Assembly: GCA_018657885.1 (NCBI GenBank)
Contig: JABHWG010000137.1
Coordinates: forward strand, 1-50,084
Length of the DNA stretch: 50,084 nucleotides
Direction: 5' to 3'
Source: Pelagibacteraceae bacterium
Lineage (GTDB): Bacteria; Pseudomonadota; Alphaproteobacteria; HIMB59; GCA-002718135
Part shown: positions 1-10,891 of the stretch, one piece after another
Layout of the letters: each line of letters opens with the position of its first letter
Position numbering within the stretch: the stretch's first letter is position 1
Translations under genes and position numbers: made by a program
The notes under the pieces: model-generated
The model's database searches: none
What the model saw: only the letters and a program-made list of their open reading frames with translations
What the model was told of the DNA's origin: nothing

Positions 1-910
1 CCCAAAAAACTCTTTCAAGATTAACATTATTTAATTTATTAATTTGTTTAATTCCTGTTGGCGATGTGACATTTATTTCAGTAAGATAATCACCTATCAC
101 ATCAATTCCTACAAAAAAAAGATTTAATTTTTTCAATTCTTCTCCTAATACATCAACAATTTGCTGATCTCGGAATACTAGATCTGTTTTTTCAGCAGTA
201 CCTCCAGCATGAAAATTAGCCTTAATATTTCCATGAGAAGGAATTCTTGCTACAGAACCAACATATTCTCCATCAAAAAAGATTATTCTTCTATCACCTT
301 TACTAATTTCAGGAATATATTTTTGAGCCATAATTGGCATTTCTAAATACTTGTTACTTACATCAATGCCTTCAAGGTACCCTTTATTACTTCGATGAAT
401 GCCCTCACCTCCATTACCATATAAAGGTTTTGTTATAATATCATTGTAAGTAATTAAAAATTTTTTTATATCATCAACACTCTGAGATATTAATGTGGGT
501 GGCATAAATTGTTTAAATTTAAATGGAAGAATTTTTTCTGAATAATTACGAACAGCTGTTGGATTATTTATCACTTTAGTATTTTCAGATAAATAATCTA
601 ATAAATAAGTAGAGGTAATATAGTGCATATTAAATGGAGGGTCCTGTCGCAAAAAAATAAATTTAAAATCATTTAGATTTACTTCAGTTTTATCACTTAA
701 AAATTTTACATGACTACCCTCTTGGTCATATAGTTCTATAAAAAAACCACTTGCCTTTACTATTCCCTCATCGAGAAACAGATCATTTGGATGATAATAA
801 AATAAGTCATAATTTCTATTTTGCCCCTCTAATCCAATCATAAAAGATGAATCAAATGCATAATCAATTGTATTTATATCATCCATTTGAATAGCAATTT
901 TATTTTTCAT
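1..910 (-). CDS. gshB: glutathione synthetase (3' end runs off the window)
   Basis: Not in the ORF track. Manual translation from ATG at 910 gives MKNKIAIQMDDINTIDYAFDSS..., with FLRQDPPFN, KPLYGNGGEG and EINVTSPTG motifs. Start overlaps the gshA stop (TAATG). Confidence 0.95.
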   Translation of the reverse strand, partial: MKNKIAIQMDDINTIDYAFDSSFMIGLEGQNRNYDLFYYHPNDLFLDEGIVKASGFFIELYDQEGSHVKFLSDKTEVNLNDFKFIFLRQDPPFNMHYITSTYLLDYLSENTKVINNPTAVRNYSEKILPFKFKQFMPPTLISQSVDDIKKFLITYNDIITKPLYGNGGEGIHRSNKGYLEGIDVSNKYLEMPIMAQKYIPEISKGDRRIIFFDGEYVGSVARIPSHGNIKANFHAGGTAEKTDLVFRDQQIVDVLGEELKKLNLFFVGIDVIGDYLTEINVTSPTGIKQINKLNNVNLERVFW

Positions 911-2247
911 TAAAATATTAATTCCTTGTAAATTGGTTTTGTAGACCTGCCCCAAGTAGTATTAAATTTATTTATTAAACAATCAGCAGGCGAGCAACCG
1001 TTTTGTAAATTATCCTCTAATCCCTTCATATGAATAGTCTCATCAAACTCACCATTTTTTGATAATCTCTTTCTTTTTATTAAACCCTTTTTGGATAATT
1101 CATAAAATTCTTGAGCTAAATTAATAATTTTTTTACTTTTAAATTCAGTTTGCAATCCTTGTGCTGGTACATTTTTATTTAAATATTCTCTATCTTCTTT
1201 TGTCCAGCCTTCACAAATATTTTTAACACAATCCATAATCTCAGTATCATAAAGAATACCAATCCAAAAAGCTGGTTGAGAGCAAATTAAATCCCAATTA
1301 CAGGCATCCATTGATCTAATCTCAAGATATTGTTTAAGTCTAGCTTGAGGGAAAAGTGTTGTTAGATGATCTTCCCAATCTTTAATTGTAACCTCATATT
1401 TAATATCTGTACTCCTCCCCTCTAAATAATCTTTAAAAGTATATTTTGTCATATCTATGTATTTATTTTTTCTAGTAACAAAATACATAGGTACATTGAG
1501 AGCATAATCAGTATATTTTTCAAAATTAAAACCTTTGTTAAATACAAATGGAATTAAGCCAGTCCTATCTTGATCAGTATGATGCCAAAAATGAGAACGT
1601 AAACTTTTATATTTAGAAATACTGCCTTGATCAAAAGGAGAGTTGGAGAAAATTGCAGTAGCAATAGACTCCAGATTTAACATTAATCTAAATTTATCAA
1701 TCATGTCATCTTCTGAGCAATAATCAATATTGACTTGATTAGTACAAGTCCGCTTCATCATATGATGACCTAGAGTACCTACTTGCATCATATATTTTTT
1801 CATAATTGAATATCTTTGTTTTGGCATCCAAGGAAAATCATCAACCGTTAGATTAGGCTCAACACCCATTCCTAATAAGATAAAATTAAATTCCTCACTC
1901 AGGCTTTTTACTTCCATTAGATGATTAGTTGTTTCTTCACATGTCTCATGTAAATTATCAAGCGGAGCACCAGATAACTCAATTTGCCCTCCAGGCTCTA
2001 AAGTTATAGCTTCTTTACCTTTTTTCAGAGCAATTATTGTCTCTTCATTATCATCATATGAAGGGGTCCATCCTAAACTAACAAATTTTTGTAAAATATC
2101 TTTGATACCATTTTTTTCATCATAAGTAATTGGCATCAAAGAGTTTTTATTTAAAATGAATTTCTCATGCTCAACACCGATTCTCATATCATGTTTTGAC
2201 TTAATGCCTTGAAAAAAATATTCTGTTAAATCGTTTTTTGTTATCAT
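910..2247 (-). CDS. gshA: glutamate--cysteine ligase (GCS2, alphaproteobacterial/plant type)
   Basis: RIGVEHEKF, ITLEPGGQIELSGAP, QVNIDY, HLTTLFPQARLKQYLEIR motifs; adjacent to gshB. Confidence 0.93.
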   Translation of the reverse strand: MITKNDLTEYFFQGIKSKHDMRIGVEHEKFILNKNSLMPITYDEKNGIKDILQKFVSLGWTPSYDDNEETIIALKKGKEAITLEPGGQIELSGAPLDNLHETCEETTNHLMEVKSLSEEFNFILLGMGVEPNLTVDDFPWMPKQRYSIMKKYMMQVGTLGHHMMKRTCTNQVNIDYCSEDDMIDKFRLMLNLESIATAIFSNSPFDQGSISKYKSLRSHFWHHTDQDRTGLIPFVFNKGFNFEKYTDYALNVPMYFVTRKNKYIDMTKYTFKDYLEGRSTDIKYEVTIKDWEDHLTTLFPQARLKQYLEIRSMDACNWDLICSQPAFWIGILYDTEIMDCVKNICEGWTKEDREYLNKNVPAQGLQTEFKSKKIINLAQEFYELSKKGLIKRKRLSKNGEFDETIHMKGLEDNLQNGCSPADCLINKFNTTWGRSTKPIYKELIF

Positions 2248-2279
2248 TTTAAAATTTTATTCTTAGTGGCAAATATTTA

Positions 2280-2366
2280 TGGTGCGGCTGAGAAGACTTG
2301 AACTTCCACAGGATAAATCCCACAGCGACCTCAACGCTGCGCGTATACCAATTCCGCCACAACCGC
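2280..2366 (-). tRNA. tRNA-Leu(GAG)
   Basis: Reverse complement GCGGTTGTGGCGGAATTGGTATACGCG...CAGCG-TT-GAG-GT-CGCTG, long variable arm, GTTCAAGTC T-loop, encoded CCA. Confidence 0.96.
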
Positions 2367-2419
2367 ATATATACTAGAATTAAATATCAGATAAGTTAAT
2401 AATATCAATACAGTTAAAT

Positions 2420-3070
2420 ATGATGAATATAGAGATTAAAAAAGATTATAAATTTATAGATTACCAAAAATCTATAAATTTTATGAAAATAAGAATAGAT
2501 GAAATTATCAAGGGGACCAATAAAGAACTTATATGGTTTTTAAATCATGACCATATTTATACTCAAGGAACAAGCTCTTCTAAAATAGAGATACTTAAAG
2601 AAAATAATATTAGAATATTAAAAACAAATCGAGGGGGTAAAACTACATATCACGGCCCTGGTCAAAGAATAGTTTATTTAATGATTAATCTCAATGATAG
2701 AAAAAAAGATTTGAGAAAATTTATAAGTATCATTGAACAATCATTAATGGACTTTCTAAAAGAATATAAAATAGATTGTGCAACATATAAAGACAGAGTT
2801 GGCATTTGGGTCATAGGTCAAAATGGAAAAAAATTTGTAAAAGAAGAAAAAATTGGCGCCATAGGGTTAAGATTAAAAAAATGGACAACTTACCATGGAT
2901 TAAGTTTTAATATTAATCCAAAAATGAATAATTATGATGATATAAATGCATGTGGATTAGATAATTACAAAAACACTTCGCTTAAAGAATTAGGAATTGA
3001 AATTGATGAATCAAAATTTGATGAAGAATATTCAAAAATTTTTTTAAATAAATTAAAGGACCTTAAATAG
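2420..3070 (+). CDS. lipB: lipoyl(octanoyl) transferase
   Basis: HDHIYTQG, RGGKTTYHGPGQ, KIGAIG, HGLSFN and catalytic Cys (NACG) motifs. Confidence 0.95.
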   Translation: MMNIEIKKDYKFIDYQKSINFMKIRIDEIIKGTNKELIWFLNHDHIYTQGTSSSKIEILKENNIRILKTNRGGKTTYHGPGQRIVYLMINLNDRKKDLRKFISIIEQSLMDFLKEYKIDCATYKDRVGIWVIGQNGKKFVKEEKIGAIGLRLKKWTTYHGLSFNINPKMNNYDDINACGLDNYKNTSLKELGIEIDESKFDEEYSKIFLNKLKDLK

Positions 3071-3965
3071 CTTTATAATCAAATTTGATTTTTTTAGATT
3101 TCATAAAATTAATAAAATCACTTGGTAATTTTGAAGTAAAATTATATCTATTATCATCGATTGTAAATTCTAATTGATAAGCATTAAGTTTTAAGTTTTC
3201 ATTTTTATTAGATTTATTTAAATTATATTTAATATCCCCGACAATAGGAGACCCCAAATTTTTAGCAACTATTCGTAATTGATGTTTTTTACCTGTCTTA
3301 GGCTCAAATTTAATCAGGGAAATATTTTGTTTTTGATACAATACTTTATAAAAAGTCTGTGTATCAATTTTCTTTTTATTATCATCAGAATTAATTGCTA
3401 AGTCTACATAAGATTCTATCATTTTAGGCTGCCCTTCACACAAAGCTAAATATGTTTTATCCAAGTTTCTTGATTTAAAAAGGTTTCCAAAAATTTTAGT
3501 ATACTTTAAATTTTTAGCAATAATAAGCAATCCTGCAGTTTCCTTATCTAATCTATGTACTAAATTGTAAGCTTCTGAAATATTTTTTATTATTGCATCA
3601 ATAGATATTGTGATATTTGTACCGCCCTGTGTTGCTATACCGGACCATTTATCAATTACTATAAAATTATCATCCTCGTATAATATTGATTCATCAAAAA
3701 TCTTTTTTATTATTTTACTAATCTCTATTGTATTTTTTTTCTTTTCAAATTTAGAATATAATTCTATTGCAAAATTTTTTATTTTAATTTCATCATTTTC
3801 TTTTACTATATATTTTGATTTAATTTTTTGATTATTTACTAAAATATTTTTTTTTCTTAAATTTTTTTCAATAAAACTTTGATTTAAATTTGAGAATTCT
3901 CTTTTTAAATATTTATCAAGTCTTTGATCTTCTAAGTCCTTAGGAATTTTAAGTATTTTTATCAA
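3063..3965 (-). CDS. rluC: RluA-family 23S rRNA pseudouridine synthase with S4 domain (RluC-like)
   Basis: QRLDKYL S4 domain, VHRLDKET catalytic Asp motif, TGKKHQLR, PIVGD. Start trimmed to TTG at 3965, which overlaps the crcB TGA. Confidence 0.85.
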   Translation of the reverse strand: MIKILKIPKDLEDQRLDKYLKREFSNLNQSFIEKNLRKKNILVNNQKIKSKYIVKENDEIKIKNFAIELYSKFEKKKNTIEISKIIKKIFDESILYEDDNFIVIDKWSGIATQGGTNITISIDAIIKNISEAYNLVHRLDKETAGLLIIAKNLKYTKIFGNLFKSRNLDKTYLALCEGQPKMIESYVDLAINSDDNKKKIDTQTFYKVLYQKQNISLIKFEPKTGKKHQLRIVAKNLGSPIVGDIKYNLNKSNKNENLKLNAYQLEFTIDDNRYNFTSKLPSDFINFMKSKKIKFDYKAI

Positions 3966-4342
3966 TTTATGATTTTGTTTAAATTGAGTCCAATATAAGT
4001 AAACAATAAACACAATGTTAATGAAAAAAACATATATAAAAAAGCCTGAATAATTTTTTTATCAACTAACATTTCAACATTTTCAAGTGAAAAAGTAGAG
4101 AACGTAGTAAATGAACCCAAGATACCAATTATGATAAAATATTTTAAAAAATCTTGCGTGATATTCTTACTCTCAAGTAAGAAAATTGTGTAACCTATTA
4201 AAAAAGAACCAATTATATTTACTAGAAGAGTGCTTATAAATAAATAATTTAAAGATAAGAAATTTTTAAATAATAAAGAAAAAGAAAATCTTAATGAAGC
4301 TCCAATGGAACCGCCAAGAGCAACATATAAAAAGTTAATCAA
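3962..4342 (-). CDS. crcB: fluoride efflux channel Fluc/CrcB
   Basis: 126 aa, four hydrophobic segments; GGSIGASLRF, TLLVNIIGSFLIG, GILGSFTTFSTFS. Confidence 0.95.
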   Translation of the reverse strand: MINFLYVALGGSIGASLRFSFSLLFKNFLSLNYLFISTLLVNIIGSFLIGYTIFLLESKNITQDFLKYFIIIGILGSFTTFSTFSLENVEMLVDKKIIQAFLYMFFSLTLCLLFTYIGLNLNKIIN

Positions 4343-4344
4343 AT

Positions 4345-4779
4345 TTAATTTTGAGGTTGCTGTTCTTCTTCAGTAATTTTTTTTTCAATAATTGGTCCAC
4401 TATCTTGACCTTTAGCTTCTTCATCTCTATCAACAAATTCAATTACAGCTGTTGGAGCATTATCACCAAATCTATTCCCTAATTTTATTATTCTTGTATA
4501 TCCGCCACTACGAGAACTATAACGATCAGCTAATGTTGAAAAAACTTTCTTTGTCATTTTATCATCTTGAAGAATAGAAATAGCTTTTCTTCTTGCAGAT
4601 AAATCACCTTTTTTCCCAAGAGTTATGACCTTTTCAATGAATGGTCTCAGTTCTTTTGCCTTAGGTAAAGTAGTGGTGATTTGCTCATGCTTAATTAGAG
4701 CATTAGTCATATTCATTAACAAAGCCTTCCTGTGTGAGGAAGTTCTGTTTAATTTTCTATGTTTAATATTATGCTTCAT
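4345..4779 (-). CDS. rplQ: 50S ribosomal protein L17
   Basis: [28 protein letters not shown]; follows rpoA. Confidence 0.98.
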   Translation of the reverse strand: MKHNIKHRKLNRTSSHRKALLMNMTNALIKHEQITTTLPKAKELRPFIEKVITLGKKGDLSARRKAISILQDDKMTKKVFSTLADRYSSRSGGYTRIIKLGNRFGDNAPTAVIEFVDRDEEAKGQDSGPIIEKKITEEEQQPQN

Positions 4780-4785
4780 GTGACT

Positions 4786-5808
4786 TTATTTATTAAACGG
4801 ATCCTCATATTTTTTTGCTAATTCATCAATATTTTCTGGAGGCCAATCTGGAACAGACATTCCTAAATTTAATTCCATTTGTGTAAGTACTTCTTTTATT
4901 TCATTAAGAGACTTTCTACCAAAATTAGGAGTTCTTAGCATTTCAGACTCTGTTTTTTGCACTAGGTCACCAATATAAATTATATTATCGTTCTTTAGAC
5001 AATTTGCAGATCTAACTGAAAGCTCAAGTTCCTCAACTTTTTTAAGAAGATTTGAATTAAAGGAAAGCTTTTCAGCAGTACTTTGATCCTGTTGAATTTC
5101 AGGTTCATCAAAATTTATAAATGCTTGAAGTTGATCTTGTAATATTCTTGAGGCAAGTGCAATTGCATCATCAGGAGAAATAACACCATTAGTTTCAACT
5201 TCAAAAATAAGCTTATCATAATCCGTAACTTGACCCACTCTGCTATTTTCAATTTTATAAGTAGCTTTTACAACAGGGCTAAACATGGCATCTAATTTAA
5301 TCTCACCAATAATTTTATTTTCATCCTCAGCAATCTCAGCAGATACATAACCTTTACCTGTTTCAATATTTGCTTCAATTTCAATATCAGCATTTGAGTC
5401 TAGTGTCATAATCAGCTGATCTTTATTCATGATTTCAGTTTCTGAATCAGTTTCAAAATTACCAGCTCTAATTTCCCCTGGGCCAGTTGCTTTTATATAC
5501 ATTTTTTTAAGACCAGGAGAGTGAACTTTAACAGCAACAGATTTTAAATTTAAAAGTATATCAGTTAAGTCTTCTTTTACACCTGGAATGGTAGAAAATT
5601 CATGGACCACACCTTTTATTTTAACAGATGTTATAGCTGCTCCTTGAAGTGAAGATAATAAGACTCTTCTAATTGCATTACCAAGGGTAAGGCCAAAACC
5701 TCTCTCTAAAGGCTCAGCAACAAGAACACCTGTTCTTCCATCATTTTCTTGAACATTTACGTCCATTTTGCTAGGTTTAATAAGTTCCATCCAGTTTTTT
5801 TGTAACAC
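4786..5808 (-). CDS. rpoA: RNA polymerase alpha subunit
   Basis: [43 protein letters not shown]; GTG start with AAGGAG Shine-Dalgarno (SD) sequence. Confidence 0.99.
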   Translation of the reverse strand: MLQKNWMELIKPSKMDVNVQENDGRTGVLVAEPLERGFGLTLGNAIRRVLLSSLQGAAITSVKIKGVVHEFSTIPGVKEDLTDILLNLKSVAVKVHSPGLKKMYIKATGPGEIRAGNFETDSETEIMNKDQLIMTLDSNADIEIEANIETGKGYVSAEIAEDENKIIGEIKLDAMFSPVVKATYKIENSRVGQVTDYDKLIFEVETNGVISPDDAIALASRILQDQLQAFINFDEPEIQQDQSTAEKLSFNSNLLKKVEELELSVRSANCLKNDNIIYIGDLVQKTESEMLRTPNFGRKSLNEIKEVLTQMELNLGMSVPDWPPENIDELAKKYEDPFNK

Positions 5809-5824
5809 TTAATTCTCCTTTTAT

Positions 5825-6214
5825 TTAAACTCTTCGTCTTTTTCTTGGTCTACATCCATTGTGAGGAATAGGCGTAACATCTTTTATGGAAGTTATAATA
5901 TAGCCTATTGCCTGAAGAGATCTTAAGGCTGACTCTCTTCCAGATCCTGGACCAGAAACTTCAACTTTTAGAGTTTTAAGTCCATATTCTTTTGCTTTGT
6001 TTCCAACATCATCAGCTGCAATTTGAGCTGCATAAGGTGTTGATTTTCTTGAACCCTTAAAGCCCTTATGACCTGCAGATGACCAAGCAAGGGCATTACC
6101 ATTATCATCTGTTATTGTAATTATTGTATTATTAAATGAAGAAAGCACGTGCGCCACTCCAGATGAAACTTTTTTCTTAACTTTAGATTTTGTTTTCTTT
6201 TTATCTGCCATCAT
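5825..6214 (-). CDS. rpsK: 30S ribosomal protein S11
   Basis: [32 protein letters not shown]; start may be the second ATG (6211). Confidence 0.98.
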   Translation of the reverse strand: MMADKKKTKSKVKKKVSSGVAHVLSSFNNTIITITDDNGNALAWSSAGHKGFKGSRKSTPYAAQIAADDVGNKAKEYGLKTLKVEVSGPGSGRESALRSLQAIGYIITSIKDVTPIPHNGCRPRKRRRV

Positions 6215-6594
6215 TAACCTTTAGTTACTTTTTTCTTTCCAGCTATTGCAACAGCTTTACCTTTACGAGTTCTCGCATTTGTATGAGTTCTTTGACCTCT
6301 AACAGGAAGTTTTTTTCTATGCCTTAACCCTCTATAACAACCAAGATCGTTAAGTCTTTTAATATCTAACGATACTTTTCTTCTTAAATCTCCTTCGACC
6401 ACATGTTTTTGATCTATAACATCTCTGATTTTATTAACTTCATCTTCATTAAGTTCACTAACTCTTTTAGTAATGTCAATTAAAGCTTCATTACAAATAT
6501 CACCTGCTATTTTTGGGCCAATACCAAATATATAAGTAAGAGCAATATTAACCTTTTTATTTGTTGGTATATTTACTCCAGAAATTCTTGCCAT
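6214..6594 (-). CDS. rpsM: 30S ribosomal protein S13
   Basis: [36 protein letters not shown]. Confidence 0.99.
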   Translation of the reverse strand: MARISGVNIPTNKKVNIALTYIFGIGPKIAGDICNEALIDITKRVSELNEDEVNKIRDVIDQKHVVEGDLRRKVSLDIKRLNDLGCYRGLRHRKKLPVRGQRTHTNARTRKGKAVAIAGKKKVTKG

Positions 6595-6625
6595 TATTTG
6601 AGCCTATTAATAAATTGAATGAGGG

Positions 6626-6655
6626 TGCATACATTAAATATTACACTTAAGTCAA
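6626..6655 (-). promoter_or_regulatory. putative sigma70 promoter for the rpsM-rpsK-rpoA-rplQ operon
   Basis: TTGACT-N18-TATGCA in the 83-bp gap upstream of rpsM. Confidence 0.5.
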
Positions 6656-6677
6656 GCTTTGAAATAGTAAATTTCAC

Positions 6678-7256
6678 TTAATTTAAGCCTTTTTTGATGA
6701 TTTTAATTAATTCTTTTTGAATTTGTGAAACTTCTTGATCTGCATCAATAATAAAATAATTTTTATCAAAATTGGTGCTAAAAAATTGAGATACTGGGTA
6801 TGTTTCTTTCATATATTTATCTAATCGTACCTTAATTACACCCAAATTATCATCGGATCTTTGTTCTTGTTTAGATCTTGATACAATTCTTTCTTCAGCA
6901 ATCTTAAAATCTATTTTAAAATCAAAAACAAAGTTAAGGTAGGTTTGATTACTTTTAATAAAAGATAAAAAAAAATCAGACTGTGTTTTTGTCCTTGGAT
7001 AACCATCTAAGATAAATCCATTTATGCATCTTTTACTTATTAACTTATCAGCTATAATCTTGTTTAAAAACTCATCTGAAACTAGATTTCCAGCAGACAT
7101 AATATCTTTTAATTGCCATGAAAGATTGTCTCCTTCATTTAATTTTTCTCTTAAAATATCACCTGTAGATAAATGGGAGATATTAAATTCTTTAGCGATT
7201 AGTTTTGCCTGAGTTCCTTTTCCTGACCCAGGAGGACCAAAAAAAACTATGTTCAT
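6678..7256 (-). CDS. adk: adenylate kinase (short-LID form)
   Basis: GPPGSGKGTQ P-loop, HLSTGDILR, FILDGYPRT, RSDD; between secY and rpsM. Confidence 0.96.
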   Translation of the reverse strand: MNIVFFGPPGSGKGTQAKLIAKEFNISHLSTGDILREKLNEGDNLSWQLKDIMSAGNLVSDEFLNKIIADKLISKRCINGFILDGYPRTKTQSDFFLSFIKSNQTYLNFVFDFKIDFKIAEERIVSRSKQEQRSDDNLGVIKVRLDKYMKETYPVSQFFSTNFDKNYFIIDADQEVSQIQKELIKIIKKGLN

Positions 7257-7259
7257 TAA

Positions 7260-8600
7260 CTATCTTCTACCCTTTAGTTTTGTTTTCTTTAGCAATCCTT
7301 CATACTGATGTTGAAATAGATGAGATTGCACTTGAGTAATAAAATCTATCATAACTACAACGATAATTAACAAACTTGTTCCACCAAGGTAAAAAGGGAT
7401 TGATGTTTTTGATATAAGAAATTCTGGGAGTAAGGCTACAAGTGCTAAGTAAATTGTGCCAACTGTAGTCAGTCTAGTCAAAACATAATCTATATACTTT
7501 GAAGTATTTTCTCCAGGTCTGATTCCAGGAATAAAACCTCCATATTTTCTTAAATTTTCAGCTTGCTCATCAGGATTGAAGACAATGCCTGTGTAAAAAA
7601 AGCCAAAAAATATGATCATTGCTGCAAATAAAGCTAGATATAAGGGCTGTCCTCTACCTAAATAACTTGAAATAAACAAAAATATATCACTTGAAGAACC
7701 TGCTCCAAATCCAGACATTGTATTTGGAAGAAGTAATATGGATGATGCAAAAATAACAGGTATTACACCAGCAGTATTAATTTTTAGGGGCAGATGTGAA
7801 CTTTGACCACCATAAATTTTATTACCAACTTGCCTTTTTGGATATTGAACAATCAATCTTCTCTGACCTTTTTCAATAAAAACTATAAAAATTATCAAGC
7901 CTAATACTAAAATTAAAATACCAAGAATAAAAGCAACACTTAATTCACCTGTTCTTCCAAGTTGAAGTGTACTTACTAGAGCACTTGGTAAATTTGCAAT
8001 AATTCCAGCAGTAATAATAAGAGATATTCCATTACCAACACCCCTAGAAGTTATCTGCTCGCCTAGCCACATAAGAAATATAGTGCCTCCTACTAAAGTA
8101 ATAACAGTTGTGATTCTAAAAAAAATTCCTGGCTCAAAGACAATGTTTCCATAGGCAGTTTGCATTGACTCTAAACCAATAGAAACACCATAGCCTTGCA
8201 AAGCGGCGATTAATACAGTGATATATCTTGAATACTGAATAATTTGCCTTCTACCTTTTGATCCTTGTTCTTTTAAGCTTTTAAGATGTGGTATACTTGA
8301 CTGCATTAAGGTCATGATTATTGAAGAAGAAATATATGGCATAACGCCTAAGGCAAAAATACCCATCCTGCCTAAAGCACCACCTGAAAAAGTATCAAAA
8401 ATACCTAATATACCGGAAGATTGCTGTTCAAAAAATTGCTGCAATGCAATTGGATTTATCCCAGGAATTGGCAAAAAAGTACCTAATCGAAATACAATTA
8501 ATGCCCCAAGTGTAAAGAGCAGACGATTTCTTAATTCAGTAGCCTTACCAAGAGCTCCAAAATTCATGTTATTTGCAAGTCTTTCAGCTGCAGTTGCCAT
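7260..8600 (-). CDS. secY: preprotein translocase SecY
   Basis: IFALGVMPYISSSII, MWLGEQITSRGVGNGISL, GFIPGIRPG, GGTSLLI. Confidence 0.99.
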   Translation of the reverse strand: MATAAERLANNMNFGALGKATELRNRLLFTLGALIVFRLGTFLPIPGINPIALQQFFEQQSSGILGIFDTFSGGALGRMGIFALGVMPYISSSIIMTLMQSSIPHLKSLKEQGSKGRRQIIQYSRYITVLIAALQGYGVSIGLESMQTAYGNIVFEPGIFFRITTVITLVGGTIFLMWLGEQITSRGVGNGISLIITAGIIANLPSALVSTLQLGRTGELSVAFILGILILVLGLIIFIVFIEKGQRRLIVQYPKRQVGNKIYGGQSSHLPLKINTAGVIPVIFASSILLLPNTMSGFGAGSSSDIFLFISSYLGRGQPLYLALFAAMIIFFGFFYTGIVFNPDEQAENLRKYGGFIPGIRPGENTSKYIDYVLTRLTTVGTIYLALVALLPEFLISKTSIPFYLGGTSLLIIVVVMIDFITQVQSHLFQHQYEGLLKKTKLKGRR

Positions 8601-8601
8601 A

Positions 8602-9060
8602 TTATTTTTTAGTTATAGTTATTATTCCACCAGCTTTTTCAACTTTTTCGATAGCTGTTTTAGATGCGTAGGAAATTTCTATATTAATTTTATCACTGAT
8701 ATCTCCAACACTTAATAACTTTAAATCACCCTTAGTCTTAGAAAATATTTTTTTATCAAACAAATCCTTTTCTTTAATTGATGAAGGATCAATCTCGTAA
8801 TTTTTAACAATATTAGCAATAGTATTAAAATTAATATTCTGAATCTTTTTTGAAAATATATTTTTGAAACCTCTCTTAGGCAACCTTCTATACAAAGGCA
8901 TTTGACCACCTTCAAAACCATTGATTGATACACCTGATCTTGATTTTTGACCTTTAACACCTCTGCCGGCAGTTTTTCCCAAACCTGAGCCTGCTCCTCT
9001 ACCTCTTCTTTTTCTTTTTTTATTAGATGTTAATGTAGAGGTTAATTCATTTATTTTCAT
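8602..9060 (-). CDS. rplO: 50S ribosomal protein L15
   Basis: GRGAGSGLGKTAGRGVKGQKSR, FEGGQMPLYRRLPKRGF. Confidence 0.98.
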   Translation of the reverse strand: MKINELTSTLTSNKKRKRRGRGAGSGLGKTAGRGVKGQKSRSGVSINGFEGGQMPLYRRLPKRGFKNIFSKKIQNINFNTIANIVKNYEIDPSSIKEKDLFDKKIFSKTKGDLKLLSVGDISDKINIEISYASKTAIEKVEKAGGIITITKK

Positions 9061-9074
9061 AAGTATATATTCCT

Positions 9075-9590
9075 TTAATTTTCAGCCTGTTTTGCATTTA
9101 CAATCTCTGAAACTTTTTTAGATCTTTTTGCAGCAATTGATTTTGGTGACTCTGATCTTTTAAAAGCATTGAAAGTAGCCTTTAACATATTATGTGGATT
9201 TGATGTACCTGTAGACTTAGCAACAACATCTTTAATGCCTAAAGATTCGAAAAGAGCTCTCATAGGTCCACCAGCAATAATGCCAGTACCAGGGGCTGCA
9301 GATCTTAAAATAACTTTTCCAGCTCCAAATCTACCAATAACATCATGATGAAGAGTTCTATTATCCTTAAGATGGACTCTAACCATTTTACTTTTGGCAT
9401 CTTCCGTTGCTTTTCTAACAGCTTCTGGAACTTCTTTTGCTTTACCAGTTCCATAACCAACTCTACCTTTATTATCTCCCACAATCATAATTGCAGCAAA
9501 ACCAAACCGTCTTCCACCTTTAACAACTTTTGCAACTCTATTTATAGTCACTAAATGTTCACTAAAATCTTTATTTTCATTATCCATCAT
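9075..9590 (-). CDS. rpsE: 30S ribosomal protein S5
   Basis: [24 protein letters not shown]. Confidence 0.98.
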   Translation of the reverse strand: MMDNENKDFSEHLVTINRVAKVVKGGRRFGFAAIMIVGDNKGRVGYGTGKAKEVPEAVRKATEDAKSKMVRVHLKDNRTLHHDVIGRFGAGKVILRSAAPGTGIIAGGPMRALFESLGIKDVVAKSTGTSNPHNMLKATFNAFKRSESPKSIAAKRSKKVSEIVNAKQAEN

Positions 9591-9599
9591 AAATATACC

Positions 9600-9935
9600 T
9601 TAAAAGTTTAAGCCTTCTGTTCTTGCTGAATCTGCTAAAATTTTTATCAGACCATGATATTTGTACTTCCCTTTATCAAAAGCTACGTCTTTAATACCTT
9701 TTTCTATCAATCTTTTTGCTATATTTTTTCCAACTAATTCTGCTAATTCTTTTCTATCACTTTTAGATTTAACTAAATCTTTTTCTAAAGTTGAAGCACT
9801 AGCAAGAGTAACACCTTTTACATCATCAATTACCTGCGCGTATAAATGATTATTAGACCTAAATACGGAAAGTCTACTTCTAGAAGATACTTTCTTAAGA
9901 TTATATCTAACTCTTTTTGCTCTTTTATCACTCAT
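9600..9935 (-). CDS. rplR: 50S ribosomal protein L18
   Basis: [28 protein letters not shown]. Confidence 0.97.
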   Translation of the reverse strand: MSDKRAKRVRYNLKKVSSRSRLSVFRSNNHLYAQVIDDVKGVTLASASTLEKDLVKSKSDRKELAELVGKNIAKRLIEKGIKDVAFDKGKYKYHGLIKILADSARTEGLNF

Positions 9936-9946
9936 ATTATAAACCT

Positions 9947-10480
9947 TTATTTTTTCTTACCTTCTTTTCTGAATATAAACTCATCATCATATTTAATACC
10001 TTTACCTTTGAAAGGTTCAGGCTTTCTATATGATCTAATTTTTGCAGCAGTCGCTCCTAAAATCTCTTTGTTATAACTAGATAATTTAATAATGTTTTGC
10101 TTTGGACATTCAATCTTAACTTCTTTTGGAACAACGTAGTCAATATCGTGACTATAACCTAGTTGTAATTTGAGAGTTGTTCCTGAGATACTTGCTCTAT
10201 AACCAGTCCCATTAAGCTCAAGAGTTTTAGTAAAACCTATGCTGACACCTGTTACTATATTTGATATTATAGACCTAGTCGTACCCCAATTTGGATTTAA
10301 TTTATCTTTTTCATTAATTGGGTTAACAAAAATTTCATTATCTTTAATATCAAGAGTATAAAGTGGATTGACTAAAAAATTCATCTCACCCAGCTTACCT
10401 TTAGCTATAAAATTACCACCTTCAAATTTACAAGATGTATCTTGATCAATTTTGATACTATTTTTTGCAATTCTAGACAT
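9947..10480 (-). CDS. rplF: 50S ribosomal protein L6
   Basis: [28 protein letters not shown]. Confidence 0.98.
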   Translation of the reverse strand: MSRIAKNSIKIDQDTSCKFEGGNFIAKGKLGEMNFLVNPLYTLDIKDNEIFVNPINEKDKLNPNWGTTRSIISNIVTGVSIGFTKTLELNGTGYRASISGTTLKLQLGYSHDIDYVVPKEVKIECPKQNIIKLSSYNKEILGATAAKIRSYRKPEPFKGKGIKYDDEFIFRKEGKKK

Positions 10481-10482
10481 AA

Positions 10483-10881
10483 TTAGAATACCTCACAAAG
10501 CACTTCGCCACCGACATTATTTTTTCTTGCCTGATTATCAGACATAACACCTTTGGGAGTTGATAAAATTGATATTCCAAGACCACCATAAATTTTTGGC
10601 AAATCAGAAATTTTTGAATATACTCTTATTCCAGGCTTGGAGACTCTCTTTATATTTTTTATAACGGGAGTGCCATTATAGTATTTTAAATCAATTTGAA
10701 TATTACTGATTCCTTTTCTAATTTCTATATTTTTGAAATCTCTAATATATCCTTCTTCTTTAAGAACAGTCAAAACGTTAGTATTTAATTTAGATTTATA
10801 ACATGCAGTAAAAGACTTTCTTGCTTTATGTGCATTTTTAATTCTAGCTAACATATCTGATAATGCGTCATTAAATGCCAT
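10483..10881 (-). CDS. rpsH: 30S ribosomal protein S8
   Basis: DMLARIKNA, RVSKPGIRVY, ILSTPKGVM, GGEVLC. Confidence 0.98.
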   Translation of the reverse strand: MAFNDALSDMLARIKNAHKARKSFTACYKSKLNTNVLTVLKEEGYIRDFKNIEIRKGISNIQIDLKYYNGTPVIKNIKRVSKPGIRVYSKISDLPKIYGGLGISILSTPKGVMSDNQARKNNVGGEVLCEVF

Positions 10882-10891
10882 CTTTTACCTC

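Noticed and set aside
4786-8600. Absence of rpsD, rpmJ, infA and map around secY and the alpha operon
   Set aside because: secY-adk-rpsM-rpsK-rpoA-rplQ is the normal alphaproteobacterial order.
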